DNA from: Verrucomicrobiota bacterium
GTDB taxonomy: Bacteria > Verrucomicrobiota > Verrucomicrobiia > Limisphaerales > AAA164-E04
Direction of reading: 5' to 3'
DNA: 64,000 nucleotides
Assembly: GCA_047947115.1 (NCBI GenBank)
Contig: CP170459.1
Span: 288,001 to 352,000 of the forward strand
Part shown: one piece after another, positions 29,303 through 40,032 of the stretch
Layout: the number at the start of each line of letters is the position of its first letter
Position numbering within the stretch: position 1 is the first letter of the stretch
Position numbers and translations under genes: made by a program
Notes under the pieces: generated by a model
The model's database searches: none
What the model was told of the DNA's origin: nothing
What the model saw: the letters and a program-made list of their open reading frames with translations, nothing else

Positions 29303-32300
29303 ATGAATCAAGTGCCCAAAGCATCACTGAATCGTGATTTTCATTTTATGAACATTGCCCAGTTCTTGGGTGCATTTAACGACAATGTTTTCAAGATGTT
29401 CCTCATATTGGCTCTCTTGCAGATCAAGGGCCTGGATGACAAGGTGCAGATCAATTCATTAGCAGGAGCCATCTTTGTTTTACCGTTTTTATTATTTGCT
29501 TCATCCGCCGGTTTCCTGAGCGGTATTCGGAGCAAACAGTCCATCATCAAATATGTGAAACTGGCGGAGATCGTGATCATGTCGGCAGGTGGGCTGGCAT
29601 TTTACCTCCAATCCGAATGGGGGCTCTACGCGGTTTTGTTTCTGATGGCAACGCAATCGGCGTTCTTCGGCCCGGCCAAGCTGGGTATCATACCGGAATT
29701 GCTACCGAGTCAATCCCTCTCGAAAGCGAATGGATGGCAACAAGGTTTTGTTTATATGGCGATTGTGCTGGGCATCGGCCTCATACCATGGTTTGACGGA
29801 ATATCACAGGGAAAATACCATCTGGCTTCGCTCTTCTGCATCGGAGTGGCGATTCTGGGCTGGATCTTTGCCTGCCTGATCAAACCAACAAAACCCAGCG
29901 GTACGACGCAACCCCTGCGAATCAATCCCTTATCCGGTGTCACCAGGACGTTTCGAAGCATCTCGAAGGACCGAGCATTGCTGCTGGCCGTTTTGGGCGC
30001 TGCTTTCTTCCTTCTGATCGGGGGGTTTGTTCAGATGAATTTGATGAACTATGGACTTGAATTCATGGGGTGCGAAAAGGACTCCGAGGCGGCCTACCTG
30101 TTCCTGTTCGTGGCCGCAGGCATTGGCGTCGGAGCCCTCGCTTCAGGGAAAATGTCCGGACGCAACATTGAATTCGGCCTGGTTCCCGTGGGGGCGGCCG
30201 GTTTGGCTTTGACCATGACCCTGCTCGGACTTCGGGTGGGTGCCGGCAACTGGACCACCACCGGGGCAATCCTCTCCGCCATGGGATTGAGCGCAGGCTT
30301 TTTCATTGTCCCATTGGCAGCTTTCATACAATGGCACACTCCAAGGCACCAATTGACAGAAGTGCTGGCCTTGGACAGCTTTCTTAGCTTCACCGGCGTG
30401 CTGATCGCTGCGATCATTTTGGGTTGCCTGGGAGCGCTCGACCTGAACCCGGCACAGTGTTTTCTATTTGGCGCCATGCTGACAACCTTTCTGGTCATCC
30501 TTGCCTTCAAATCATTGCCCGATTTCCTTGTCCGCTTCGTCGGCGCCATTCTGTTGAAGTGCATCTACAGGGTAAAAACCACCGGACTGGAAAACCTGCC
30601 CACCAAAGGTCCTGCGCTGATCATATGCAATCATGTCACATTCGTGGACGCCCCCCTCTTGATGGCGATCCAACAGCGTCGCATTCGATTCATGGTTTAC
30701 AGGGATTACTACAATATCCCCTGGCTGCATCCTTTGCTTAAATTGATGGGGGCGATCCCCGTTTCCGAAAACGATCCTCCCCGCCAGATCCTGAAATCAC
30801 TTCAAACCGCACGACAGGCGTTGAAGGACGGCTATCTGGTCGCCATTTTCGCCGAAGGAAAACTGACTCGATCAGGACTCATGAGCGCCTTTCGCCCGGG
30901 ATTTCAAAAAGTGGTGAAAGGCACCGGAGCCCCCATTATACCGGCCTATTTAGGGGGGGCCTGGGGAAGCGTTTTCAGTCGAGCCGGACGTGGTCGTTAT
31001 CGCAACCATCGACTGCGTATCCCTTACCCGATTGACATTCTTTTTGGTCACCCCCTTCCCTCCGACACCGAAATCCATGAGGTGCGGCTTGCTGTGCAGG
31101 AATTGGGCAGCCAATTTCATGATGCATTTCGGCACAAACCCGGGTCACTGGCCACGGAAATGGTCCGCACCGCACGCAGGCACTGGAGCCGACCAGCCAT
31201 GGCAGACACCACGGGGAAAAGGCTCACTTTCGGCAAGGCCCTCATCGGGGCGCTCATTTTAAGGGACCGGCTGAGGGAAAAACTGGATAGCTCCGAGGAG
31301 CGGGTGGGCATTCTTCTTCCGTCCTGTGTCGGAGGGGCCCTGGTCAACCATGCGCTCACACTGGATGGACGGGTCACGGTCAACTTGAACTTCACCGCTT
31401 CACCCCAGGCATTCGATTCAGCCATCCATCAAAGCGGCATCAAAACCATCATCACATCCAAAGCATTCCTCGAGAAGATTGAAGCCTATCAATTGACGGA
31501 TCGTGTCATTTACCTGGAAGACCTCGGCAATGACATTTCTGCGGCGGAAAAAATCAGGACGGCATTAAAAGCAAAACTGTTCCCGATGTCATGGATACTT
31601 CCCACGCCTTGCTGGGATCGTGAACGCCCGGCCACGATATTGTTTTCCTCAGGATCCACAGCGGAACCGAAAGGCATCGTGCTGACGCATCACAACCTGA
31701 GCGCCAACATCCAATGCGCTCTGGAAGTGATCCCGGTGGGCGATCAGGATCATCTGTCGGCGGCGCTTCCCTTCTTTCATTCCTTCGGCCTGACGGGGAC
31801 CATATGGTTGCCGGCGTTGGCTGGCATGCCCGTTCACTTCCACACGAATCCACTGGAAGCCGCCAAGATTGCCGAGATGGTGCGCGAAGAAAAAAGCACC
31901 ATCCTTTTCGCCACTCCGACCTTTCTCATGGCTTACATCCGAAAGGCGACACCCGAAGATTTCAAAACCCTCAAGTTGATCATCACCGGAGCGGAGAAGC
32001 TCAAAGTCAAGTTGGCCGACATGTTCGAACGCAAGTTCGCCGCGCGCCCGTTGGAAGGATACGGTACGACGGAACTCTCACCGATCGTTTCACTGAACCT
32101 GCCCGTCCCTCCCGTCAAGGACAATGATGTTTACACCCATAAAAACGGCACCGTCGGACACCCCATTCCTGGTGTCAGCGCCAAAGTAGTGGATCCCGAG
32201 ACACGCGAACTTCTCCCTGGGGATAAAGAAGGAATGCTGCTGATCAAAGGGCCCAACGTCATGACCGGATACCTTGGCCCGCAGGAAAAAACCGACAAAG

Positions 32301-32713
32301 TACTTCAGGATGGATGGTATGAAACAGGTGACATCGCCAAACTGGACGAAGACGGCTTCATCACCATCACCGGACGCTTGTCCAGATTCAGTAAAATCGG
32401 AGGTGAAATGGTGCCTCACGAAGCAGTGGAACAAGTCTTGATGGATGACGGCACAGAACACGCGGAACCCATCGTGGCGGTGACTTCCGTTCCATGTGAA
32501 CGAAAAGGGGAAAAACTGGTCGTACTCTTTGCGGAGGGAAAGGGAGACAAGGAGGCCATGCTCCTGAGGCTAAAGGAATCTGACATCCCGAACCTTTGGA
32601 AACCTCACGCCCAAAGTTTCCTCCCCATCGAAAAACTCCCCGTTCTCGGAACCGGCAAACTGGATCTGAAAGCCATTCGAACCATGGCTGAAGAATTAGC
32701 CAACAAGGTTTGA
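29303..32713 (+). CDS. aas: Aas-like trifunctional protein: MFS (LplT-like) + acyltransferase + acyl-ACP synthetase
   Basis: QFLGAFNDN, QSAFFGPAK.GIIPE; NHVTFVD (HxxxxD), FAEG; FSSGSTAEPKG, EGYGTTE, WYETGD, RFSKIGGEMVPH. Confidence 0.92.
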   Translation: MNQVPKASLNRDFHFMNIAQFLGAFNDNVFKMFLILALLQIKGLDDKVQINSLAGAIFVLPFLLFASSAGFLSGIRSKQSIIKYVKLAEIVIMSAGGLAFYLQSEWGLYAVLFLMATQSAFFGPAKLGIIPELLPSQSLSKANGWQQGFVYMAIVLGIGLIPWFDGISQGKYHLASLFCIGVAILGWIFACLIKPTKPSGTTQPLRINPLSGVTRTFRSISKDRALLLAVLGAAFFLLIGGFVQMNLMNYGLEFMGCEKDSEAAYLFLFVAAGIGVGALASGKMSGRNIEFGLVPVGAAGLALTMTLLGLRVGAGNWTTTGAILSAMGLSAGFFIVPLAAFIQWHTPRHQLTEVLALDSFLSFTGVLIAAIILGCLGALDLNPAQCFLFGAMLTTFLVILAFKSLPDFLVRFVGAILLKCIYRVKTTGLENLPTKGPALIICNHVTFVDAPLLMAIQQRRIRFMVYRDYYNIPWLHPLLKLMGAIPVSENDPPRQILKSLQTARQALKDGYLVAIFAEGKLTRSGLMSAFRPGFQKVVKGTGAPIIPAYLGGAWGSVFSRAGRGRYRNHRLRIPYPIDILFGHPLPSDTEIHEVRLAVQELGSQFHDAFRHKPGSLATEMVRTARRHWSRPAMADTTGKRLTFGKALIGALILRDRLREKLDSSEERVGILLPSCVGGALVNHALTLDGRVTVNLNFTASPQAFDSAIHQSGIKTIITSKAFLEKIEAYQLTDRVIYLEDLGNDISAAEKIRTALKAKLFPMSWILPTPCWDRERPATILFSSGSTAEPKGIVLTHHNLSANIQCALEVIPVGDQDHLSAALPFFHSFGLTGTIWLPALAGMPVHFHTNPLEAAKIAEMVREEKSTILFATPTFLMAYIRKATPEDFKTLKLIITGAEKLKVKLADMFERKFAARPLEGYGTTELSPIVSLNLPVPPVKDNDVYTHKNGTVGHPIPGVSAKVVDPETRELLPGDKEGMLLIKGPNVMTGYLGPQEKTDKVLQDGWYETGDIAKLDEDGFITITGRLSRFSKIGGEMVPHEAVEQVLMDDGTEHAEPIVAVTSVPCERKGEKLVVLFAEGKGDKEAMLLRLKESDIPNLWKPHAQSFLPIEKLPVLGTGKLDLKAIRTMAEELANKV

Positions 32714-32783
32714 CCTGAAAAAAGGGTCCGGGCATCTCGATACACGTTCAAGCTGACGATCGAAACGATGATGTAAAAGCGTC

Positions 32784-34678
32784 TCAGGCCAGCAATTCCT
32801 TATGGTGAAGCAAGTGGTGCACCCAGTGAAGAAGGTCCTGGGATTTGTGCGGTTTTTCGAGCAAATGAATGGAGGAACACGGCTTCAAGACCTCCAGATC
32901 ATGTTCATCGGGATGCCCGCTGACGACCAGAATGGGGAGATCGGGATTCATGTTACGCAGAATGCGGACAAGTGAGATACCGTCCATGTTGGGCATTTTC
33001 AAATCAGTCACCACCACCTTGATCTGGTCCTGGTTCCTGCCATAGACCGAAACCGCATCCACCCCATCCACCGCTTTCAACGTTTTATAACCATTTTGAT
33101 TCAGCAACTTTTGAGTGGTGTCACGCACGGCTCCTTCGTCGTCAACGATCAGAACTGTTTCGCCATGTCCTTGCTGTTCGGATGGGCTGTAAACCGGTTC
33201 GTCCGCCTTTTTCTCGAACACGGCGGGAATAAACACATGGAACCGGGCCCCCTGCCCTTTCTCGCTTTCGCATTGCACGAATCCGTCGAAAGACTTCACA
33301 ATCCCCAGAACATTGGTCAATCCAAGTCCGGCTCCCTTGCCAACCGGCCGAGTGGTGAAGAAGGGTTCGAATATCTTCTCCCGAACCGCTTCATCCATTC
33401 CTTCTCCATTGTCTTCGATGGTGATCTTGATGTAACGTCCCGGGTTCAGGTCTGATGAAGGGTAATGCTCGTCTATGGTGACGTTATTTGTCCGCACATC
33501 AATGCGTCCGCCTTCGGGCATGGCATCACGGGCATTGAGAAGAAGATTCATGAGCATTTGATGAAATTGAATCTGATCCCCTCGAATGACCCATTGTTCC
33601 CGCAGGACGTCGGAACGCACTTCAATTCCCTGAGGGAACGTTTTCTGCGCAATACTGATAACTTCCCTTACAATATGCTTGGGCTGGAACACGATGCTCT
33701 GCCCTTCGGCTCCTTTTCCAAATGCCACCAGCTGCTTGATGATATCAGCTCCTCTCTGGATGCTGGTATCCACAGTCGCCAAAAGGTCCTCCAGCTCTTC
33801 TTTGGGCAGTTCAACGCTCCGCAACAATTCCAAAGCCATTGTAATGGGAGTAAACACGTTGTTCAGATCATGTGCGACACCTGCGGCGAGGGTGCTTAAA
33901 CTCTCAAGTCGTTGGGATCGCACATAGCATTCTTCAAGGGCGCGCTTTTCGGTCACGTCACTGATGATGCCAAGGATGCGCTTTTCCTCACCCGTTTTGC
34001 AGGACAACAAGTTGAACCGAGCTTCAATGGTTTTTGGTTTTCCAGATTTGCACTGAGCGCCCAGTTCACCAAACCATTGCCCTTTTTGAGGAAGCGTCTC
34101 AAACAACTTGTCAATGTCGGGGATCTCCGCAAACGCATATTGATTAATGCGCTGCCCGAGCAGCTCCTGCTCCTCCCATCCGAACATGCGTGTGGCGCCC
34201 GGATTCCAATATTGAACCAATCCTGCCGGATCCAACATGATGATGGCATCGTGCGCGTCGGAAAGAAAGGTCCGGACAGGAAATCCGAGGATCTGGGTTC
34301 GGATGATTGAGGGAGAATTTGAATCACCAAATCAGAGTTCACACCGCTGGTGTCATGATTGAAGTCAATTGCCCTGACCGTGAGCAAAGCATGCCGAACT
34401 GAGACATTGCCACATTGAAACGAAACCGCCAGCGGATGCTGATCGATGTTTTTCAAAGCGGCTTCTTCCAAAAATGCTTTGAGAGGTTTCTCTTCTGAAG
34501 AGGCCGCCAGCGACCCAATGTGACTCTGTTTAATGGTCTCAAGATCCATGCCAAAGAAATCAACTGCAGCATCATTCGCATCCAGACATTTCCCATCGGG
34601 AAGACATCGCAGGGTCGGGACAGGCGCCTTTTTCCACAAAAGTCGCTCGATACCCGATGTATGTTCATCGGTATTCAT
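32784..34678 (-). pseudogene. PAS-PAS hybrid sensor histidine kinase (HisKA-HATPase-REC), split by a frameshift near 34260-34330
   Basis: ORF 34678 carries PAS1 (LDANDAAVDFFG). A second frame picks up LSDAHDAIIMLD (PAS2), AHDLNN, NLLLNARDAM, FFTTR..GKGAGLGL, VLIVDDE, DLKMPNMDG. Confidence 0.8.
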
Positions 34679-34715
34679 GCAAATGTTTGATCACTCTGGT
34701 TACTTACAGGCCGCC

Positions 34716-36080
34716 TTACTGGGCGGTGGCAGATTGCGTCACTTGCCCGTACCACACCCCTAGATCGGCCTTCATTCGCTCGAACTTAAGCTCATGATCC
34801 AAAATCAGGTTGTTTTTCTCGGCGATATCTTCATCCAAATGAAACAGTTGAGCTGAACCACTCTTCCGGGAATCCACCCACAACTTCCACGGCCCCTCTC
34901 TCATCGCAAGTTGGGAACCATACGACCAAAACAACTTGCGCATACGATCCGGCAACGATCCCTGAAGAAACGCGGGCTTGAGCGATTGGCCATCCAAAAA
35001 ATGTCCCTCAGGAATCTTCGCACCCGATATCTCAAGAAAAGTCGGCATCACATCCAGACTAATGGACAGGTCGTCGCAGAAACAATTGGGGGGGATCACC
35101 GTCGGCCACCACGCGATGGCGGGCACCCGGTGCCCCCCTTCCCACAGGCTTCCCTTGAAACCTTTCAACTCCCCGTTTTGACCGTTTTTATTGGCCCCGT
35201 TGTCGGAAAGAAAAAAGACCAACGTCTGCCGATCGATCGACAGTGATTTCAACTTTGCCAGAATCCTGCCTATCCCCGTGTCCATTGTTTGCACCATTTC
35301 CCGGTAGGCTCTAGGAATTCTCCCCGTCTCGTAACGGTTGGACACCAGCTCACCTTCAACGCGTATCGGGGGATCTCCAGGCCCCTGGTAGGGATCATGA
35401 GGCGCTTCATATGCCAAGTATAAAAAGAAGGGATCCTGCTGGTGCTGCCCGATGTATTTCAATGCATGGTCTGTGATCAATTGAGTGGAATAGCCGGTTT
35501 CATCTTCCAGCACGTTGTTATTCCACCAGTCAAACACCCCCATTCGATCGATGTGACTATGGTAATCGATGTTGCCGCTTACGTATCCCCGAAAGGTTTC
35601 AAATCCCTGATGGACCGGATTGAATTTTTCCCGATACCCCAAATGCCACTTGCCAAAGATAGCCGTTCGATAGCCGGCTTCACGCAACACCTCGGGAAGT
35701 GTCACCTCAGTATGCTGCAGACCATGATGGCGATTGACGCCAAAAGCGGCGTTGATCACCCCGGGAATGCCGCTGCGCTGTTGGTAACGCCCTGTCATCA
35801 ATCCGGCGCGAGTCGGACTGCATACGGGACCGCTGGAATGAAAATCGGTAAATCGCATTCCTTCAGCCGCCATGCGATCCAGATGGGGTGTTTGATAGGC
35901 CTTGTTTCCATAACAACTCAGATCCCCATAGCCCATGTCGTCGGCCATGATCAAAATAAGATTAGTGGGGACCGCCCGCATCAGGCCGAAAGCCAAAACA
36001 AATGAAACTGAACCAAGCAAAGTAATCTTATGCCTGACACGAGACGTCCCCAAAACGACATTCGAAATGCTGGAAATCAT
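34716..36080 (-). CDS. Sulfatase (formylglycine-dependent, arylsulfatase-like)
   Basis: NLILIMADDMGYGD, CSPTRAGLMTGRY, GKWHLG, SDNG, KGSLWEGGHRVP; start uncertain. Confidence 0.93.
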   Translation of the reverse strand: MISSISNVVLGTSRVRHKITLLGSVSFVLAFGLMRAVPTNLILIMADDMGYGDLSCYGNKAYQTPHLDRMAAEGMRFTDFHSSGPVCSPTRAGLMTGRYQQRSGIPGVINAAFGVNRHHGLQHTEVTLPEVLREAGYRTAIFGKWHLGYREKFNPVHQGFETFRGYVSGNIDYHSHIDRMGVFDWWNNNVLEDETGYSTQLITDHALKYIGQHQQDPFFLYLAYEAPHDPYQGPGDPPIRVEGELVSNRYETGRIPRAYREMVQTMDTGIGRILAKLKSLSIDRQTLVFFLSDNGANKNGQNGELKGFKGSLWEGGHRVPAIAWWPTVIPPNCFCDDLSISLDVMPTFLEISGAKIPEGHFLDGQSLKPAFLQGSLPDRMRKLFWSYGSQLAMREGPWKLWVDSRKSGSAQLFHLDEDIAEKNNLILDHELKFERMKADLGVWYGQVTQSATAQ

Positions 36081-36131
36081 GAAATCACATTTAACATTGC
36101 CAACATCCACTGACCAGTAAGAATCATCGGC

Positions 36132-36905
36132 ATGGAAACCAAAGGCAAAGTGGCGATTATCACCGGCTCCAGCAGAGGAGTTGGAAAGGCGGTTGCATTC
36201 CAGCTGGCCGCGCAGGGGTGCTCGGTGGCATTGAATTACCGGCAATCCAAAGTCGAAGCCGAAAACGCAAAAAAAGAACTGGAAGCACTCGGAGGGCGCT
36301 GCCTGTTGGTGCGGGCAGATGTTTCAAAAGAGTCCGAATGCCAGTCTCTCATCAAACAGACGGTTGATCATTTCGGACGTCTGGATATCCTGGTGAACAA
36401 TGCGGCCACGACTGACTTCCTTTCCTTTTCCGACCTGACCCTCCTCACTGACGCACATTGGGATCGCATTCTGCAAACGAATGTCAAAGGTCCCTTTTAT
36501 TGTGCCAGAGCAGCACAACCCTGGCTGGAAGCAGCGGAGCATGGCGGGGAAATGGTCAACATCACCAGCATTGCCGGAATCATCGGCAACGGAAGTTCCC
36601 TGGCCTATTGCGCCTCCAAGGCTGCTCTGATCAACATGACCATCTCTCTCGCCCGCATCCTGGCTCCAAAGGTCCGGGTTAATTCAGTGGCACCCGGTTT
36701 TATCGCGGATGATTGGACACAAAAAGGTTTGAAAGAAAACTATGAACCAGCAAAAGCCGGGCACGAATCCAAAGCCGTGCTGGGGAAAGTCTGTTCTCCC
36801 GAAGACGTGGCCGCTGCTGTAGTTTCACTGATCACCGGCTCCGATCTGGTCACAGGACAGACCATCGTTTGCGATGGTGGTGCGACCATCGGACCACGCG
36901 CCTGA
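36132..36905 (+). CDS. SDR-family oxidoreductase
   Basis: TGSSRGVG, NNAA, YCASK, VRVNSVAPG. Confidence 0.92.
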   Translation: METKGKVAIITGSSRGVGKAVAFQLAAQGCSVALNYRQSKVEAENAKKELEALGGRCLLVRADVSKESECQSLIKQTVDHFGRLDILVNNAATTDFLSFSDLTLLTDAHWDRILQTNVKGPFYCARAAQPWLEAAEHGGEMVNITSIAGIIGNGSSLAYCASKAALINMTISLARILAPKVRVNSVAPGFIADDWTQKGLKENYEPAKAGHESKAVLGKVCSPEDVAAAVVSLITGSDLVTGQTIVCDGGATIGPRA

Positions 36906-36982
36906 CGGATTTGAATGAGCATCGTGCGTCATCCCCTTTCAACAGGCCAACCAACAGGAAACCGAAACAGGAACATACTACC

Positions 36983-38038
36983 GTGACCGACGACCATACA
37001 GTTTACAACGTGAATCGGGATTACGAATGGAATTATCACCACGTGCCATGTGCCGAAGTTCACGGCAATCCAGATATCGCGCCAATCCCCGGAAACTGGA
37101 CTTATGCCGGGTTACCCGTCGCTTCACCTCTGGCCATGTCGGCAGGCCCCTTGTTAAACAGTCGATGGATCGCCTACTATGCGAAGCTTGGCTTCGATGT
37201 TTTGACATACAAAACCGTACGCCGCTGCAAAAGGGACAGCTACCCCTCACCCAATCTGGTTCCCGTTGCCACAGGCGAGTTGAAACAGGCCCATACGGAA
37301 ATCGAGTGCTCAGGTCACATGGATCACTCGTGGGCCGTATCCTTTGGAATGCCATCCAGAGAGCCCCTCGTCTGGCAAGAGGACGTCACCAGAGCAAGGG
37401 AAAGCCTCCGGTCCGGACAACTGCTTTCCGTATCGGTCGTTGCCACACCGGAACCATCGGACAATCTGCATGATATTGCCGAAGACTATGCGAGCTGTGC
37501 AAAGGGCGCATTTGCAAGTGGTGCCGACGTGGTTGAAGTCAATTTTTCCTGCCCGAATGTGGCAACGAGAGACGGAATGCTGTACGCGCAACCGGAAGCG
37601 TCTTTGGAGATTCTGAAACGCGTCAGGGACTCCATCCAGGATCGTCCCTTGCTGGTCAAACTAGGTTACATTTCCAAACCAGAACTGGCCCGTCATTGGG
37701 TTGAGTTGGCCGAAGGATGGGCGCAGGCACTGGTGATGGTGAATTGCATCGGAACCAAGGTGAAAACCCGTGAGGGCGATCCTTTGTTTGACGGAGAACC
37801 ACGGGGCATTGCCGGTCAGGCCATCTGTTCGGCAGTGAAGGATCAAGTGCGGTTGTTCCGATCCATCATCAAGGAGAGAACATCTTCCCTCCGAATCATC
37901 GCAGTCGGGGGGATTTCGTCGCTTCAAGATGTTCATGACCATCTGGAAACGGGAGCGGAAGCCGTCCAGATCGCAACCGCAGCCATGCTGGACCCCCTGT
38001 GGGCGATCAGGGTAAGAAGGGAATGGAACCAACCATGA
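36983..38038 (+). CDS. Class-1 dihydroorotate dehydrogenase-like FMN enzyme
   Basis: SAGPLLN, TYKT, EVNFSCPN, LVKL, IIAVGGI, GAEAVQIATA; GTG start inferred. Confidence 0.75.
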   Translation: MTDDHTVYNVNRDYEWNYHHVPCAEVHGNPDIAPIPGNWTYAGLPVASPLAMSAGPLLNSRWIAYYAKLGFDVLTYKTVRRCKRDSYPSPNLVPVATGELKQAHTEIECSGHMDHSWAVSFGMPSREPLVWQEDVTRARESLRSGQLLSVSVVATPEPSDNLHDIAEDYASCAKGAFASGADVVEVNFSCPNVATRDGMLYAQPEASLEILKRVRDSIQDRPLLVKLGYISKPELARHWVELAEGWAQALVMVNCIGTKVKTREGDPLFDGEPRGIAGQAICSAVKDQVRLFRSIIKERTSSLRIIAVGGISSLQDVHDHLETGAEAVQIATAAMLDPLWAIRVRREWNQP

Positions 38039-38156
38039 CAAAACTGTCATGTGACTCTCGGTTGCAAATTGAGGCAACTCGGGCTATGTCTATCAGAGAG
38101 AGAACCATTCCGGATGTGTCGGAATGACGAAATTGAGTTAACAAGATATCACACAT

Positions 38157-38843
38157 ATGTTTTGGATAGTTTTCATTTCAACCATGCTCATTGGTTTATG
38201 GGCACAAGCGAAAGTAAAATCGGCTTTTGCCAAATACAGTGGGGTTCGCGCGCACAACGGATATTCCGGGGGACAGGTGGCCGCCAGCATTTTACGTTCT
38301 GCCGGCATTCATGATGTCGAAATTCGAACCCAGCCAGGAACTCTGAATGATCATTATGATCCGATTCACAAACGACTGGTTTTGTCGGACGAGAATTATC
38401 ACGGCAACTCCATCTCAGCCATCGCAGTCGCAGCTCACGAATGCGGACACGCATTACAGCATCAACAAGCATACGCCCCATTGAAATTCCGCATGGCATC
38501 GGTCGGCATCACTTCGGTCGCCAACGGCATACTTACATGGCTGATGATCATCGGGTTGTTTTTGGGACTGATCCCCATGGCCTTTGCATTTAAGTTGATT
38601 GCCATCTGTTTTGGCGTGATCATGGCCTTCAACCTGATCACTCTCCCGGTGGAATTTGACGCCTCTCGACGGGCAAAACTGGTTTTGAGCCAGATGGGAT
38701 TTACAGCAACCACCACCGAAGACGAGGGGGTTTCCAAGGTTTTGAATGCCGCTGCTCTGACTTACGTGGCCGCATTCATCACGTCGCTTGCATGGTTTCT
38801 TTATTACATTCTCCCGTTTATCACGGGTGGAAGCGACGATTAA
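38157..38843 (+). CDS. YugP-like neutral zinc metallopeptidase
   Basis: LNDHYDP, AAHECGHALQH, ITLPVEFDAS.RA, VLNAAALTYVAA. Confidence 0.92.
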   Translation: MFWIVFISTMLIGLWAQAKVKSAFAKYSGVRAHNGYSGGQVAASILRSAGIHDVEIRTQPGTLNDHYDPIHKRLVLSDENYHGNSISAIAVAAHECGHALQHQQAYAPLKFRMASVGITSVANGILTWLMIIGLFLGLIPMAFAFKLIAICFGVIMAFNLITLPVEFDASRRAKLVLSQMGFTATTTEDEGVSKVLNAAALTYVAAFITSLAWFLYYILPFITGGSDD

Positions 38844-38879
38844 TGAAATCTCATCCCCCATTCGCCCCCCATCAAGCTC

Positions 38880-39989
38880 ATGCCCTGGTCGGTTAAAATT
38901 GCCCGAATCGCAGGGGTGAATGTTTATTTGCACTTCACATTTCTCCTACTGATGCTGCTGGTGGCGCTGGCGGAAGGTGGCACCGCACCCACTTTCTTCG
39001 AAGCCGCGGTGGGCATCCTGTTTTTCGTCTGCTTGTTCACCTGCGTATTGGCACATGAATTCGGGCACATCCTGATGGCACGTCGTTTCGGGGTTGGAAC
39101 CCGAGACGTCACCTTGCTCCCGATTGGAGGCGTGGCGCGTTTGGAAAAAATGCCGGATCGACCCCGGGATGAATTCTGGGTGGCCCTGGCAGGCCCGGCG
39201 GTAAACGTGGTCATTGCGGGGGTGCTGTTGGTCGGAGTGCTTATTTTCGGCGGAGGTTGGTCCGGTCTGGTGTGGGACCTCGAGGAGGCGGGATTTGTGG
39301 AAAGCCTGATCCTTATCAACACCGCCATGATCCTGTTTAATCTGCTCCCGGCGTTTCCCATGGATGGCGGAAGGGTGCTGAGAGCCGTGCTGGCGTCGCG
39401 GATGGATTTTGTGCGGGCCACAAAAATCGCGGCAAGGCTGGGGCGCGTGATGGCGGTCCTGTTTGTCGTCGTTGGCGTTTTCTGGTTGAAGAATCCTTTT
39501 CTGTTTTTTATCGCCCTTGTGGTCTGGTTTGGGGCTGGACAAGAAGCGAATTATGCCATTCTCAAATCCCAGTTGAAAGGCATCACCGTCAAACAAGCGA
39601 TGATTACCGAATTTCACCAGGCAACCCCCGAAGATTCGCTTGGGAAAATTGCGGAATGGGTTCTGGCCGGGACCCAAACAGATTACCCGATCGTGAATGA
39701 CTCCGGGCAAGTCATCGGCATACTTGGAACCAACGAATTGTTCGAAGCCCTCAAACGTCACGATCTGTGGACGTCAGTTCGTGATGTGATGAAGAGGGAC
39801 TTTGTCACATTGGAATCCTCGTTCCTATTGGAGCCCGCACTGAATCTCTACCAACGCTATCCCCACAACATGATCCCGGTGGTGGAGAATGGGGTGTTGA
39901 CCGGCATGTTGACCATGGACAACGTAGCGGAACTGATCAAGATTCGACAGGCTTTGAACCGTCGCCTGGCCTACGCAAAGCTTCGTTAA
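38880..39989 (+). CDS. Site-2 protease (M50) with CBS domains
   Basis: HEFGH, AGPAVN, FNLLPAFPMDGGR, C-terminal CBS pair. Confidence 0.93.
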   Translation: MPWSVKIARIAGVNVYLHFTFLLLMLLVALAEGGTAPTFFEAAVGILFFVCLFTCVLAHEFGHILMARRFGVGTRDVTLLPIGGVARLEKMPDRPRDEFWVALAGPAVNVVIAGVLLVGVLIFGGGWSGLVWDLEEAGFVESLILINTAMILFNLLPAFPMDGGRVLRAVLASRMDFVRATKIAARLGRVMAVLFVVVGVFWLKNPFLFFIALVVWFGAGQEANYAILKSQLKGITVKQAMITEFHQATPEDSLGKIAEWVLAGTQTDYPIVNDSGQVIGILGTNELFEALKRHDLWTSVRDVMKRDFVTLESSFLLEPALNLYQRYPHNMIPVVENGVLTGMLTMDNVAELIKIRQALNRRLAYAKLR

Positions 39990-40032
39990 TTTCCCGTTGC
40001 CATTCATGGAGTGAATTCGGCAGTATTTCGCT

